DNA of 45,289 bases from Nitrosopumilaceae archaeon (GTDB lineage Archaea; Thermoproteota; Nitrososphaeria; Nitrososphaerales; Nitrosopumilaceae). Under the pieces are notes generated by a model. The model searched no databases. It was not told where the DNA came from and saw nothing but the letters and a program-made list of their open reading frames with translations. Both the position numbers and the translations under genes were made by a program. Below are positions 1-7,476 of this stretch, in pieces (position 1 is the stretch's first letter; every line of letters starts with the position of its first letter). Location of the stretch: contig JASFUC010000001.1 of NCBI GenBank assembly GCA_050050475.1, forward strand, positions 1 to 45,289, written 5' to 3'.

Positions 1-108
1 CCATAGTATCACTCATCTTCTCACCTTCCATAGTATCACTCATCTTCTCACCTTCCATAGTATCACTCATCTTCTCACCTTCCATAGTATCACTCATCTT
101 ATCATCAT
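1..108. repeat. 27-bp tandem repeat (ccatagtatcactcatcttctcacctt): 3 perfect copies plus a 19-bp partial copy; may continue left of the window
   Basis: Units 1-27, 28-54 and 55-81 are identical. 82-100 is identical and then diverges. The repeat is in frame (9 codons) inside the minus-strand CDS. Confidence 0.95.
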
Positions 109-244
109 TCATTTTTGGTTGAATAAGAACACCAGGTGGTAGTTCTTCATCAATAGTAGATTCTGTGAAGTAAGGAGATAAGGCAAAAGCCAAAATGGAT
201 CCAACTATTAAAACTCCTACCATTCCCATCAATGATTTTTTCAT
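1..244 (-). CDS. Met-rich nonapeptide-repeat protein with N-terminal membrane anchor or signal peptide (partial; C-terminus lies beyond the left edge)
   Basis: ATG at 244-242 gives MKKSLMGMVGVLIVGSILAFALSPYFTESTIDEELPPGVLIQPKMNDD, followed by KMSDTMEGE repeats. The frame stays open to base 1. The ORF track misses it because it is truncated. Confidence 0.6.
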   Translation of the reverse strand, partial: MKKSLMGMVGVLIVGSILAFALSPYFTESTIDEELPPGVLIQPKMNDDKMSDTMEGEKMSDTMEGEKMSDTMEGEKMSDTM

Positions 245-345
245 GATTAAATTATCATATTTTGGTATAAAGCAGATTTTCCACTTTATGCCCCGATCTT
301 AAGAACAATTTTAGGTTAAATTACTGCAAAAAAGATCACAAAGGC

Positions 346-657
346 ATGAATCCATTGTTTCAACTCAGCACTAGAAGTTATGACAAAGAACTTCCAATTG
401 TAAATGGAGCGCTAAAATCTCTAGAAAAGGAATGCAATGTTAACGATGGGTACAAAATTGAATCACCATTCACAAAATTTGGTTGGACCTTTTTTAATAT
501 TCAAATCAGCGAAGAGATGGTTGGAATTATTGAAAAATCAGGTATGATGGAAGGTGCATTAGGATTTAAAATTGGAGAACAATTAACTAATTTTATTGGT
601 CATTATTTGGAAAGCAAAGGAAGCAATGTTAGGATAAAGAAGATCGACTACGGGTAA
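346..657 (+). CDS. Small conserved hypothetical protein (paralog of 44498..44812)
   Basis: 103-aa ORF. It shares ST(R/K)SY, NGY, (T/S)KFGWTFF(N/K)I and SKG.N(V/I)(R/K)IK blocks with the ORF at the other end of the window. Confidence 0.7.
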   Translation: MNPLFQLSTRSYDKELPIVNGALKSLEKECNVNDGYKIESPFTKFGWTFFNIQISEEMVGIIEKSGMMEGALGFKIGEQLTNFIGHYLESKGSNVRIKKIDYG

Positions 658-713
658 TCCCAAATACCGGATAATTAAAAAAATCTAATATTTGATAGAA
701 ACTTGATAAATTC

Positions 714-1205
714 ATGGAAATTTATCCTGAGGTAAAATTACATGTGCGAATTAGTGAAAGTAATGTTCATTATGCAGGAGGGTTGGTTGATGGATCTCAT
801 GTTATGAAGCTTTTTGGAGATGTTGCCACAGAATTAACTATTCGATATGATGGAGATGAAGGGCTTCTTAGGGCATATGAAAAAGTAGAATTTCTTGAAC
901 CAGTTCATGCTGGAGATTTTTTAGAAGTTAATGGAAAAATCATTAGTACTGGAAATACAAGCAGAAAAATATTTTTTGAGGCATACAAAATAATTTCTCC
1001 GTCTAAGGGTTTATCTCAAGATTCTGCATGTGATCTATTAGAATCTCCAATTATTGTTGCAAAGGCTATTGGAACTTCGGTTGTTACAAAGGATAAACAA
1101 AGAAAGAAATCATCGAGTTTTGAATCAATTGATGAAGTCATTGATGCTTTTAATACAATTAAGAGTGGAGAGGTATCCAGAATGGGTCAAAAAGGTTCAA
1201 AATAA
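714..1205 (+). CDS. Hotdog-fold protein (thioesterase / 3-aminobutyryl-CoA ammonia-lyase-like)
   Basis: HYAGGLVDGSHVMKLFGDVATEL...DEGLLRAYEKVEFLEPVHAGDFLEV...GNTSRK matches the hotdog/Kal-like pattern recalled from memory. There is a basic C-terminal tail. Confidence 0.55.
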   Translation: MEIYPEVKLHVRISESNVHYAGGLVDGSHVMKLFGDVATELTIRYDGDEGLLRAYEKVEFLEPVHAGDFLEVNGKIISTGNTSRKIFFEAYKIISPSKGLSQDSACDLLESPIIVAKAIGTSVVTKDKQRKKSSSFESIDEVIDAFNTIKSGEVSRMGQKGSK

Positions 1206-1232
1206 TTTTCTTTTTATAATGTGAAAAATAGG

Positions 1233-1721
1233 CTAGGGTTCTACAGTTAGAATTCCCTTCATTTCAGGGTGTATAGAACAATAGTACTCAAATGTGCCAT
1301 TCTTATCGGCTAGAAATGTTATTGATTTTGTTTGGAAATATCCAAGGTCTCCAGTATGCACATTGAATTCATCAATGTTGAGATTATGTTTTGACTTTAT
1401 TGAGGGTTCATTCTTTTCTTCATTAATGAGGTGAATTTGTACCAAATTCCCATTTTTAACTGTTAAAGAAGGCGAATTACCTGCAGTTGATGGAACAGTC
1501 TTTCCTCCTTTTGAGGACTGTGTGGCATAATGATATCCTTCAGGGGATTTTACTGCCTTGAGTAAAATGTTAGTAGGAGATTCGAAAATTAATTGATCAG
1601 AATTTACTGGCAAAAATGAATTGATAATTAAAAATCCAATTAAAATTGAAACGCTTAGAATTATGCTTATGGAAATTATTGATCCTCTAGAAATTTTTGC
1701 TACCTTTTTTTTCTTATGCAT
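1233..1721 (-). CDS. Membrane-anchored blue (type 1) copper protein, cupredoxin/plastocyanin-like
   Basis: N-terminal TM helix. The C-terminal YYCSIHPEMKG supplies the Cys-x2-His-x2-Met ligands, with an upstream His in NLNIDEFNVH. Confidence 0.85.
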   Translation of the reverse strand: MHKKKKVAKISRGSIISISIILSVSILIGFLIINSFLPVNSDQLIFESPTNILLKAVKSPEGYHYATQSSKGGKTVPSTAGNSPSLTVKNGNLVQIHLINEEKNEPSIKSKHNLNIDEFNVHTGDLGYFQTKSITFLADKNGTFEYYCSIHPEMKGILTVEP

Positions 1722-1756
1722 AAATTATATTTTGATTCTGATTATTTAGGGAATGA

Positions 1757-1770
1757 TTAACAATGGTAAC
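1757..1770. promoter_or_regulatory. Palindrome-like site TTAACAATGGTAAC (variant of the TTAAC-AxT-GTTAA motif)
   Basis: Read directly. It lies 23 nt left of inverted-arm element A. Confidence 0.4.
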
Positions 1771-1792
1771 TCGTTTCGCTAATTAAATAATA

Positions 1793-1909
1793 ATGCAGAA
1801 GCAGATTCTAGGAAATATGGTTATGTCTAAGGCAGTAATGAGAACTTGTAAAGGACGAATTTACATCCAAGATTTTCATTTTCCCTTTTGGAGTAGATTG
1901 CTTCTGCAT
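1793..1909. repeat. Inverted-arm element A: ATGCAGAAGCA (1793-1803) ... TGCTTCTGCAT (1899-1909)
   Basis: Perfect 11-bp inverted arms 95 bp apart. The same arms occur at 3483-3592. Confidence 0.8.
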
Positions 1910-1943
1910 CAAAAATTTTTAGGATTTGAGATATTTAGGACAT

Positions 1944-1959
1944 GCTTAACATTGTTAAC
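1944..1959. promoter_or_regulatory. Palindromic site GCTTAACATTGTTAAC
   Basis: Near-perfect palindrome with a 3-bp spacer, directly upstream of the 3' end of the 1967..2164 gene. Confidence 0.5.
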
Positions 1960-1966
1960 TTAGTAT

Positions 1967-2164
1967 TCAATAATAGAATACATTTTTTTTATTTTTTCTT
2001 GATTTTGATCTCAATTTTGAATTGCAACATGGGCATCTAAGATTCAAAGTTGCAAGAAAAACATCGCATAGCGAGCACCTCTTTTGACCACTTTGGTATT
2101 TTTTTGAGGTGGGTATTCTAGTAGTCTTGTAAAAATTACACACTCCGTGGCAATTATAGGCCAT
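1967..2164 (-). CDS. Small zinc-ribbon protein with basic tail
   Basis: 65 aa with a CHGVC...C-x2-C ... C-x-C-C arrangement (RCSLCDVF...RCPCCNSKLRSKSRKNKK). Confidence 0.6.
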   Translation of the reverse strand: MAYNCHGVCNFYKTTRIPTSKKYQSGQKRCSLCDVFLATLNLRCPCCNSKLRSKSRKNKKNVFYY

Positions 2165-2165
2165 T

Positions 2166-2270
2166 TTAGGGGAATTTTCTCCTACCTATTTGAGATTTTT
2201 CCAGACGCCACCAATCATCCTCTTTTTTGGCTGCAAGATCTTCCTCCTCTACTTTTTCTTTCTTACTCAT
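2166..2270 (-). CDS. 34-aa acidic/basic micro-protein, possibly co-transcribed with 1967..2164
   Basis: MSKKEKVEEEDLAAKKEDDWWRLEKSQIGRRKFP. Its TAA stop is 1 nt before the ATG of the next gene (TAAAATG). Confidence 0.35.
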   Translation of the reverse strand: MSKKEKVEEEDLAAKKEDDWWRLEKSQIGRRKFP

Positions 2271-2305
2271 AATCAATAATCCATCTTGACCCTAAAAAGA
2301 TTAAA

Positions 2306-2320
2306 TTAACATTGTTAAGC
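2306..2320. promoter_or_regulatory. Palindromic site TTAACATTGTTAAGC
   Basis: Identical 15-mer to 3195-3209. It lies in the divergent intergenic gap between 2270 and 2446. Confidence 0.55.
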
Positions 2321-2445
2321 ATCAAGTAAATACCTGAACCCCAGAAATCTATGCAGAATGCAAAGAATACAAAAATTCAAATTTTCACTAGATTATTCGT
2401 ACTCAAAAAGAACTGATTTTATACCTCTACTAAAAAGGATTAGGT

Positions 2446-2817
2446 ATGCCTGATCAAGAATCCAACGATATTCTTAGTTCTATGGATAATTTTATCGAAA
2501 AGATTCAACACATTAAAGGCGTAATGTTGGGTGTCTCCCTGTCGGCCCTCATTTTAGCTCCCTTTGCTATTGGGATTTCATCCTACCTGATCACACATCC
2601 CAAATTTTTACTGTTAATTGAAAGTGAAAATGAATTTGGTTTTATGCTGATTATTCTTTTGACAATGGTCATAATTACCTCCGGAATTTGGCTTGTGGCA
2701 GGTTTAAGACAATTCCAGTCCCTGAGTTCATGGAATAAAAGATATTGTGATTATTTAGAGAAAAGAGATAGTCTTGATGAAACCATCGCTAAGAAATTTC
2801 ATCTAGATGATGAGTAG
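2446..2817 (+). CDS. Two-TM membrane protein, unknown function
   Basis: 123 aa with two long hydrophobic segments (VMLGVSLSALILAPFAIGISSYLI; FMLIILLTMVIITSGIWLVAGL). Confidence 0.6.
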   Translation: MPDQESNDILSSMDNFIEKIQHIKGVMLGVSLSALILAPFAIGISSYLITHPKFLLLIESENEFGFMLIILLTMVIITSGIWLVAGLRQFQSLSSWNKRYCDYLEKRDSLDETIAKKFHLDDE

Positions 2818-3138
2818 AAATTTTAAGTTAGGTGAAGAATCTGAGGATTTTTCTTTTCTTGGAAACAATTTTTCATAAGGTTCAATAATCTGGATACAAA
2901 AATCCCTTCCTTTTTGAGTTGCCTTGAATAATGTTATCTTTCTTTTTCCTTCCAAAACTTCTTCGCTTTGGATCATCTCATTTTCTTCAAGACTATCTAA
3001 GATCCCTTTATGTTTCGAGATATTCAATCCACAAAAGCTAAAAAGAGATGTTTGGTTAAGCTGGCCATATTCTGAAAGAGTAAGGATGATGTCCTTTACG
3101 ATGTATATTCTATCCCTATATTTTCTAAAATCTGCCAA
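2803..3138 (-). CDS. Small winged-helix transcription regulator (HTH_45-like)
   Basis: TTG start. RDRIYIVKDIILTLSEYGQLNQTSLFSFCGLNISKHKGILDSLEENEMI fits the archaeal wHTH pattern. It overlaps 2446..2817 convergently by 15 nt. Confidence 0.6.
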   Translation of the reverse strand: MADFRKYRDRIYIVKDIILTLSEYGQLNQTSLFSFCGLNISKHKGILDSLEENEMIQSEEVLEGKRKITLFKATQKGRDFCIQIIEPYEKLFPRKEKSSDSSPNLKFLLII

Positions 3139-3194
3139 CGTGGATACTTAATGGGATGCTTCTTTAACTATTATGAATGTGGGTTTTAATATAA

Positions 3195-3209
3195 TTAACA
3201 TTGTTAAGC
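3195..3209. promoter_or_regulatory. Palindromic site TTAACATTGTTAAGC
   Basis: Lies between the wHTH gene start (3138) and the C2H2 micro-ORF start (3243). Confidence 0.55.
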
Positions 3210-3242
3210 AATACCTTATAATCAAGGATTTAGTGTTGAAAT

Positions 3243-3407
3243 ATGAGATATAAAACCTCATCTACAAAAAGTCTTGTAAAAAATATTTTCAAACGAGATC
3301 AAAAATTCACCAATAAGTGCAAAATCTGTAAGATGGAGTTTACCGATCCCGAAAGAACAAAAAAACACATGATAAAAGCTCACTCAAAACCTAAACGAGA
3401 AAGTTAG
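3243..3407 (+). CDS. 54-aa C2H2 zinc-finger micro-protein
   Basis: MRYKTSSTKSLVKNIFKRDQKFTNKCKICKMEFTDPERTKKHMIKAHSKPKRES shows a classic C-x2-C-x12-H-x4-H finger. It is below the ORF-track size cut-off. Confidence 0.6.
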   Translation: MRYKTSSTKSLVKNIFKRDQKFTNKCKICKMEFTDPERTKKHMIKAHSKPKRES

Positions 3408-3434
3408 TATGAATTTAATCAAAAAACTTGTAAC

Positions 3435-3449
3435 ATAACAAAGTTAAGC
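3435..3449. promoter_or_regulatory. Palindrome variant ATAACAAAGTTAAGC
   Basis: Lies 33 nt left of inverted-arm element B. Confidence 0.4.
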
Positions 3450-3482
3450 ATTATCTAAATATAAAAAAATTAATGATTCTAT

Positions 3483-3592
3483 ATGCAGAAGCATGCTGTG
3501 CATCTTGAGAAGAAAGGTTCCTAATTCAATCTGTCCATGTTTCATGTACTTTTGGACAGAATAGCCTAAAATCTCTAAAATTGCTTCTGCAT
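3483..3592. repeat. Inverted-arm element B: ATGCAGAAGCA (3483-3493) ... TGCTTCTGCAT (3582-3592)
   Basis: Same perfect 11-bp arms as element A. The interior is unrelated but has its own 7-bp hairpin (ctgtcca 3531-3537 / tggacag 3553-3559). Confidence 0.8.
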
Positions 3593-3605
3593 TAAATTTT
3601 AATTT

Positions 3606-3631
3606 GTTAAGCTAGACTTAACAAAGTTAAT
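3606..3631. promoter_or_regulatory. Half-site GTTAAGC plus palindrome variant CTTAACAAAGTTAAT
   Basis: Read directly, 14 nt right of element B and about 40 nt upstream of the DUF1059 micro-ORF. Confidence 0.4.
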
Positions 3632-3669
3632 CGAAGTATAATAGATGTAAAATGTCAAAATAAATAAAA

Positions 3670-3834
3670 TTGACAAAATTGAGTTGTAGTAATTATGGAT
3701 TTGAATGTGATTTTGTGACTGAAGGGGAGGTTGACCAAGTTATAGCGGAGTTTAGAGAACATACCGAAAGTGAACATGGCATAGATTATTCCAAAGAGGC
3801 ATTAATGCAATTTATTTTGAGAAAGACCACGTAA
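3670..3834 (+). CDS. DUF1059-like small metal-binding protein (TTG start)
   Basis: (M)TKLSCSNYGFECDFVTEGEVDQVIAEFREHTESEHGIDYSKEALMQFILRKTT is a paralog of 7477..7653 (KISCKNYGFDCDFEV...HSMVKHGIEYS). An in-frame TAA at 3661 rules out any upstream ATG. Confidence 0.65.
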   Translation: MTKLSCSNYGFECDFVTEGEVDQVIAEFREHTESEHGIDYSKEALMQFILRKTT

Positions 3835-3858
3835 TCTAAAACCGTAGGTGACCTTTAC

Positions 3859-4512
3859 ATGATAGAATTTTTTGATTTATCTAATCTCTCCTTATTCATA
3901 GATTCTGTTTTTCTTCAAGGAAGTGATGGAGGAATTTTTGCTATTTTTGCAAAAGGTAGAGGTTCATTAGGAAGCGAAGACCCAATTGTAAAGGGAATCA
4001 TACCAACATTATTTGCAGTTGCTGGATTTGGAATTATGTTAAATTTTATCAACTCTGTAATTAGGAAAAAAGTTGTTGATCAGACAAAACTAAACCGTAT
4101 AATGAAAGAAACAAAGACATGGCAGAAGGAACGAATGTCTGCTATGAGATCCAAAGACCAAGAAAAAATTACTCAATTAAACAAAAAATCCAGTTACATG
4201 AACAAGATGTCAATGGAGATGATGCAAATGAACATGAAACCTATGATTTTTACATTTGTTCCCTTGATTTTAATTTATTATCTAGTATTGCCTCAGCTTT
4301 TCACCTATACTGTAGCGATGTCTCCCATATCTCTGAATATTTTTCCTGGTAATTTTTTCCATCTTACATGTACTGCTGAGCAGGCAGTAAATCCAAATAA
4401 TATTTGCACTCAAGAAAATGCAATTTATCTTTGGGCGTGGTATTTTCTATCTTCAATTTCATTTAGTGGCATAATTATGAAAATAACTAAAACTAAAATG
4501 GGTCTAAGCTGA
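3859..4512 (+). CDS. DUF106 / EMC3-TMCO1-like membrane protein (archaeal YidC/Oxa1-like insertase candidate)
   Basis: TM helix, then a basic coiled segment (KLNRIMKETKTWQKERMSAMRSKDQEKITQLNKK), a Met-rich stretch, then further TM helices. The family was recognised from memory. Confidence 0.6.
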   Translation: MIEFFDLSNLSLFIDSVFLQGSDGGIFAIFAKGRGSLGSEDPIVKGIIPTLFAVAGFGIMLNFINSVIRKKVVDQTKLNRIMKETKTWQKERMSAMRSKDQEKITQLNKKSSYMNKMSMEMMQMNMKPMIFTFVPLILIYYLVLPQLFTYTVAMSPISLNIFPGNFFHLTCTAEQAVNPNNICTQENAIYLWAWYFLSSISFSGIIMKITKTKMGLS

Positions 4513-4532
4513 GAACTTTAGAAATTTTTTGA

Positions 4533-5057
4533 CTAAAACTTTAGGGTAACTGAATTCTCAGTCATTTTTACATTCCCTTCCTTTTCTAGAGTTGATTGAA
4601 TGATGGCCTCTAAAAATGCTTTTAAAAAAACTGAACCCTTCTTTCCAAATTCATGGTGAACACTAACTGTACTAACACTAACTCCAGATTCCATGTCGCA
4701 CATGCCGTAACCACAGTGCTCAAAATACATTTTGATAAAATCTGAAATTGATTGTGGAGATAGTTCCTTCCATTTGAATAGGATAAAGTCTTTGGGTTCT
4801 TTTGATCCGATTGATTTTGCAAAGTTAATGATATTTTTCTCATCTAAAGAGTTGAGCAACTCACGAAAAGAACCCTTGCTCATTTCTATCATTCCAAATT
4901 TTTTCATGTATTGGTCAAGATCAACGTGGTCCCCAAAGATTTGATTTGCCAAAGTATTGAGGCTTATTCTTTTTTCTTCTGCTTCCTTTCTAAGTCCTTT
5001 CTCATATCTTTCGTCTATTCGAAATGTTATGGTAGACGTTTTTTTGCTCAAAGCCAT
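4533..5057 (-). CDS. Ribbon-helix-helix (CopG/Arc-like) N-terminal domain protein, putative regulator
   Basis: MALSKKTSTITFRIDERYEKGLRKEAEEKRISLNTLANQIF is RHH-like. The track ORF extends to 5078, but ATG 5057 is the likelier start. It is divergent from the sulfur operon. Confidence 0.6.
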   Translation of the reverse strand: MALSKKTSTITFRIDERYEKGLRKEAEEKRISLNTLANQIFGDHVDLDQYMKKFGMIEMSKGSFRELLNSLDEKNIINFAKSIGSKEPKDFILFKWKELSPQSISDFIKMYFEHCGYGMCDMESGVSVSTVSVHHEFGKKGSVFLKAFLEAIIQSTLEKEGNVKMTENSVTLKF

Positions 5058-5120
5058 TATGCTTGCTTTTGATTGCACTATAAACTTCTTGATTATATTT
5101 TACAAAAACCCAAATCTATC

Positions 5121-6524
5121 ATGAATCAAATTTCCAAAAATCTAACAATATCTGTCCAACAACTTAGCCAAGACATTGCTCAGCTAACACCCATGCTTGT
5201 CTTTGATCTACGTGCATCTGAGCAATTTGAAGAATCTCACGTGCCTGGATCTGTTCATGCAGTTTGTGATACCCATGCAAAAGAAAAAATTATGCCTAAA
5301 ATCCCACAAAATACCAAAATTGTACTAATATCTGAACCTGAAGAAATCTCAAAAGAAATCGCTAAAATGATGACAGGGTTTGGTCTTGATGCTTATTATT
5401 TGCAAGGTGGATTTTCTGCCTGGAATGGAGACCTTACGACGGGCAAGACTGGAAAATTCATTACTCCAGATGAAGTAATTTCAAAACTTGATAGTTTGTA
5501 CCTTTTGGATGTAAGGGATACTGAAGAGTTTTCTGAATATAAAATACCAGGGAGTGTAAATATTCCACTAACTGATCTTTTTGATCCTAAAACCCTCCAA
5601 AAAATCCCTAAAGGCAAAGAGATTGTTACAATCTGTCCCCATGGGAACCGTGCTATGATTGCAAGCTTTGCATTGGCAAGGGCTGGAATATATTCCTCTA
5701 CCCTTGCAGGGGGATTAACAAAATGGAATCAGGTGCTAAAACCTGTAACTGTTGTAAATGAACCTGTGCAAGTGATTCAAATACAGAAAGTTGGAAAAGG
5801 ATGTTTATCCCATATTGTAGAGTCCGACAATGAAGCAATAGTAATTGATCCTCTTTATCCAATTGAAAAATATGCGGAAATTGCAAAGCAAAAAGGATTC
5901 AAAATAACAAAAGTCTTTGATACTCATCAGCATGCCGATCATGTATCTTCAGCTAGAGATCTTGCAAAGGCAACAAATGCAAAACTATATCTCTCAAAAC
6001 ATGAAGGATATGATTTTAATGCGAACTTTGTTGCTGGTGGAGAGACAATCACATTTGGAAAAACAGCATTACGTGTAATCCATACACCTGGTCACACTCT
6101 GGGAAGCTTGAGCTTTGTAGTGGATGAAAAGTATGTCTTTACTGGGGACATTTTGTTTGTAGAGTCCATTGGACGACCAGATTTACGAGACAAGGCCAAA
6201 GAATTTACTGAAGAGTTGTATGAGACTTTGCATGAAAAGCTATTACAACTTCCTCATTATACGATGGTCTTTCCAACACATCATGGAGAAAATGTAAAAG
6301 CAACAGATGGTGCATTTTACTCCACAATTCAGCAGTCAAAGAATCTCCCATGGCTTGATATTCCTAAAGAAGAGTTTGTAGTAAAGGTAGTTGAAAAGAC
6401 CCTTCCACGACCAATGAATTACAGGAAAATTATTGCAGTCAACAAGGGTGAGCTTGAACTAATAGTATCAGATGTGCCTGACTTGGAGATTGGACCTAAC
6501 AGATGTGCTGTAGATGCCAGTTGA
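5121..6524 (+). CDS. Rhodanese-rhodanese-metallo-beta-lactamase fusion (persulfide dioxygenase/sulfurtransferase-like)
   Basis: The first rhodanese lacks the catalytic Cys. The second has the CPHGNR active-site loop (~5631-5651). The MBL part has THQHADH, HTPGH and related motifs. The track ORF starts at 5073; ATG 5121 is preferred. Confidence 0.85.
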   Translation: MNQISKNLTISVQQLSQDIAQLTPMLVFDLRASEQFEESHVPGSVHAVCDTHAKEKIMPKIPQNTKIVLISEPEEISKEIAKMMTGFGLDAYYLQGGFSAWNGDLTTGKTGKFITPDEVISKLDSLYLLDVRDTEEFSEYKIPGSVNIPLTDLFDPKTLQKIPKGKEIVTICPHGNRAMIASFALARAGIYSSTLAGGLTKWNQVLKPVTVVNEPVQVIQIQKVGKGCLSHIVESDNEAIVIDPLYPIEKYAEIAKQKGFKITKVFDTHQHADHVSSARDLAKATNAKLYLSKHEGYDFNANFVAGGETITFGKTALRVIHTPGHTLGSLSFVVDEKYVFTGDILFVESIGRPDLRDKAKEFTEELYETLHEKLLQLPHYTMVFPTHHGENVKATDGAFYSTIQQSKNLPWLDIPKEEFVVKVVEKTLPRPMNYRKIIAVNKGELELIVSDVPDLEIGPNRCAVDAS

Positions 6525-7311
6525 TTTTGTATTAGAACCACTGGCAATTTTCCTTTCTATATTTTCGGGAATAATTGTAGGTTTTAGTCTAGGATTAATT
6601 GGTGGAGGTGGCTCAGTTCTAGCAGTTCCACTATTGCTATATGTTGTAGGGGTACGCGATGTACATGCTGCCATTGGCACTTCGGCTTTGGCAGTTGGTG
6701 TGATTGCAGCTATCAATCTTTTAGGTCATAAAAGAAAAAATCATGTTAAATTCAGACAAGGTCTTGCCTTTGCATTACCTGGCATAGGTGGGACCTTGCT
6801 TGGAGCACAATTAGGATTGTTAACACCATCTACAAACTTGTTGTTGTTTTTTGCAATCTTTATGGGAATAATAGCTGTATTGATGCTAAGAAAAAAAGCA
6901 TCAAAATATGATGTTCAAAACTCTGCAAAACAATCAACTATAATGCTGTCAAAAAAGAATATTCCATTATCTGGATTTTTTGTAGGAACATTGGCTGGAT
7001 ACTTTGGAATTGGAGGAGGTTTTTTAATTGTTCCAACCCTGATATATTCTGGAGGGCTAAGCATAATTGATGCTATTGGAACCTCGTTGATTTCAGTTAG
7101 TGCATTTGGATTAACTACAGCTTCCAGCTATCTTGTTGCAGGAAATGTAGATGTGTTGATTGCCTCAATTTTTGTTATTGGTGGAGTAGTGGGAGGTTTG
7201 TTTGGAATTCAGCTTTCAGATAAAATGCCAAAGGAAAATCTAACAAAGATTTTTGCACTATTGCTTTTTGTAATTGCCGGGTATATTGTGATTCGAAGCT
7301 TGTTTTTTTAA
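6514..7311 (+). CDS. TauE/SafE-family (DUF81) sulfite/anion exporter
   Basis: Polytopic membrane protein with GLIGGGGSVLAVPLL and GIGGGFLIVP repeat motifs. It overlaps the upstream gene by 11 nt. Confidence 0.85.
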   Translation: MPVDFVLEPLAIFLSIFSGIIVGFSLGLIGGGGSVLAVPLLLYVVGVRDVHAAIGTSALAVGVIAAINLLGHKRKNHVKFRQGLAFALPGIGGTLLGAQLGLLTPSTNLLLFFAIFMGIIAVLMLRKKASKYDVQNSAKQSTIMLSKKNIPLSGFFVGTLAGYFGIGGGFLIVPTLIYSGGLSIIDAIGTSLISVSAFGLTTASSYLVAGNVDVLIASIFVIGGVVGGLFGIQLSDKMPKENLTKIFALLLFVIAGYIVIRSLFF

Positions 7312-7476
7312 TCTTTTTTTAAAAATATCTTGCATAGAATGGTTGAAACTTGGATTATTGCTAGAACTCTCTAGTTGACATTTGATGTGTATGAGGTCAA
7401 GAAATCAAGCATACCTCCTATGATTGTATGATGTTGAACAAACTACTAGTTTTATTTCCATGTGCTCAAAAGAATC

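Noticed and set aside
1-108. 27-bp tandem repeat considered as a possible CRISPR array
   Set aside because: The units are directly adjacent with no spacers. They are a multiple of 3 nt and lie in frame within a minus-strand CDS that has a clear start and signal anchor.
1793-1963. 58-aa plus-strand ORF (MQKQILGNMVMSKAV...) running through inverted-arm element A
   Set aside because: The equivalent reading frame in element B stops after 13 codons, and the minus-strand frames also differ. The conserved parts are only the 11-bp arms, so the element is treated as non-coding.
2806-2845. Possible C/D-box sRNA (TGATGA at ~2808 and CTGA at ~2839); also TGATGA at ~28836
   Set aside because: The box spacing is wrong, there are no C'/D' boxes or terminal stem, and the first lies inside overlapping CDS ends. 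The second has no downstream CTGA.
1722-3858. Integrated virus or plasmid remnant, suggested by the many tiny Zn-finger/wHTH genes
   Set aside because: No integrase, replication, capsid or att-tRNA features are present. Similar micro-genes are scattered across the whole window, so they seem to be a general property of this genome.
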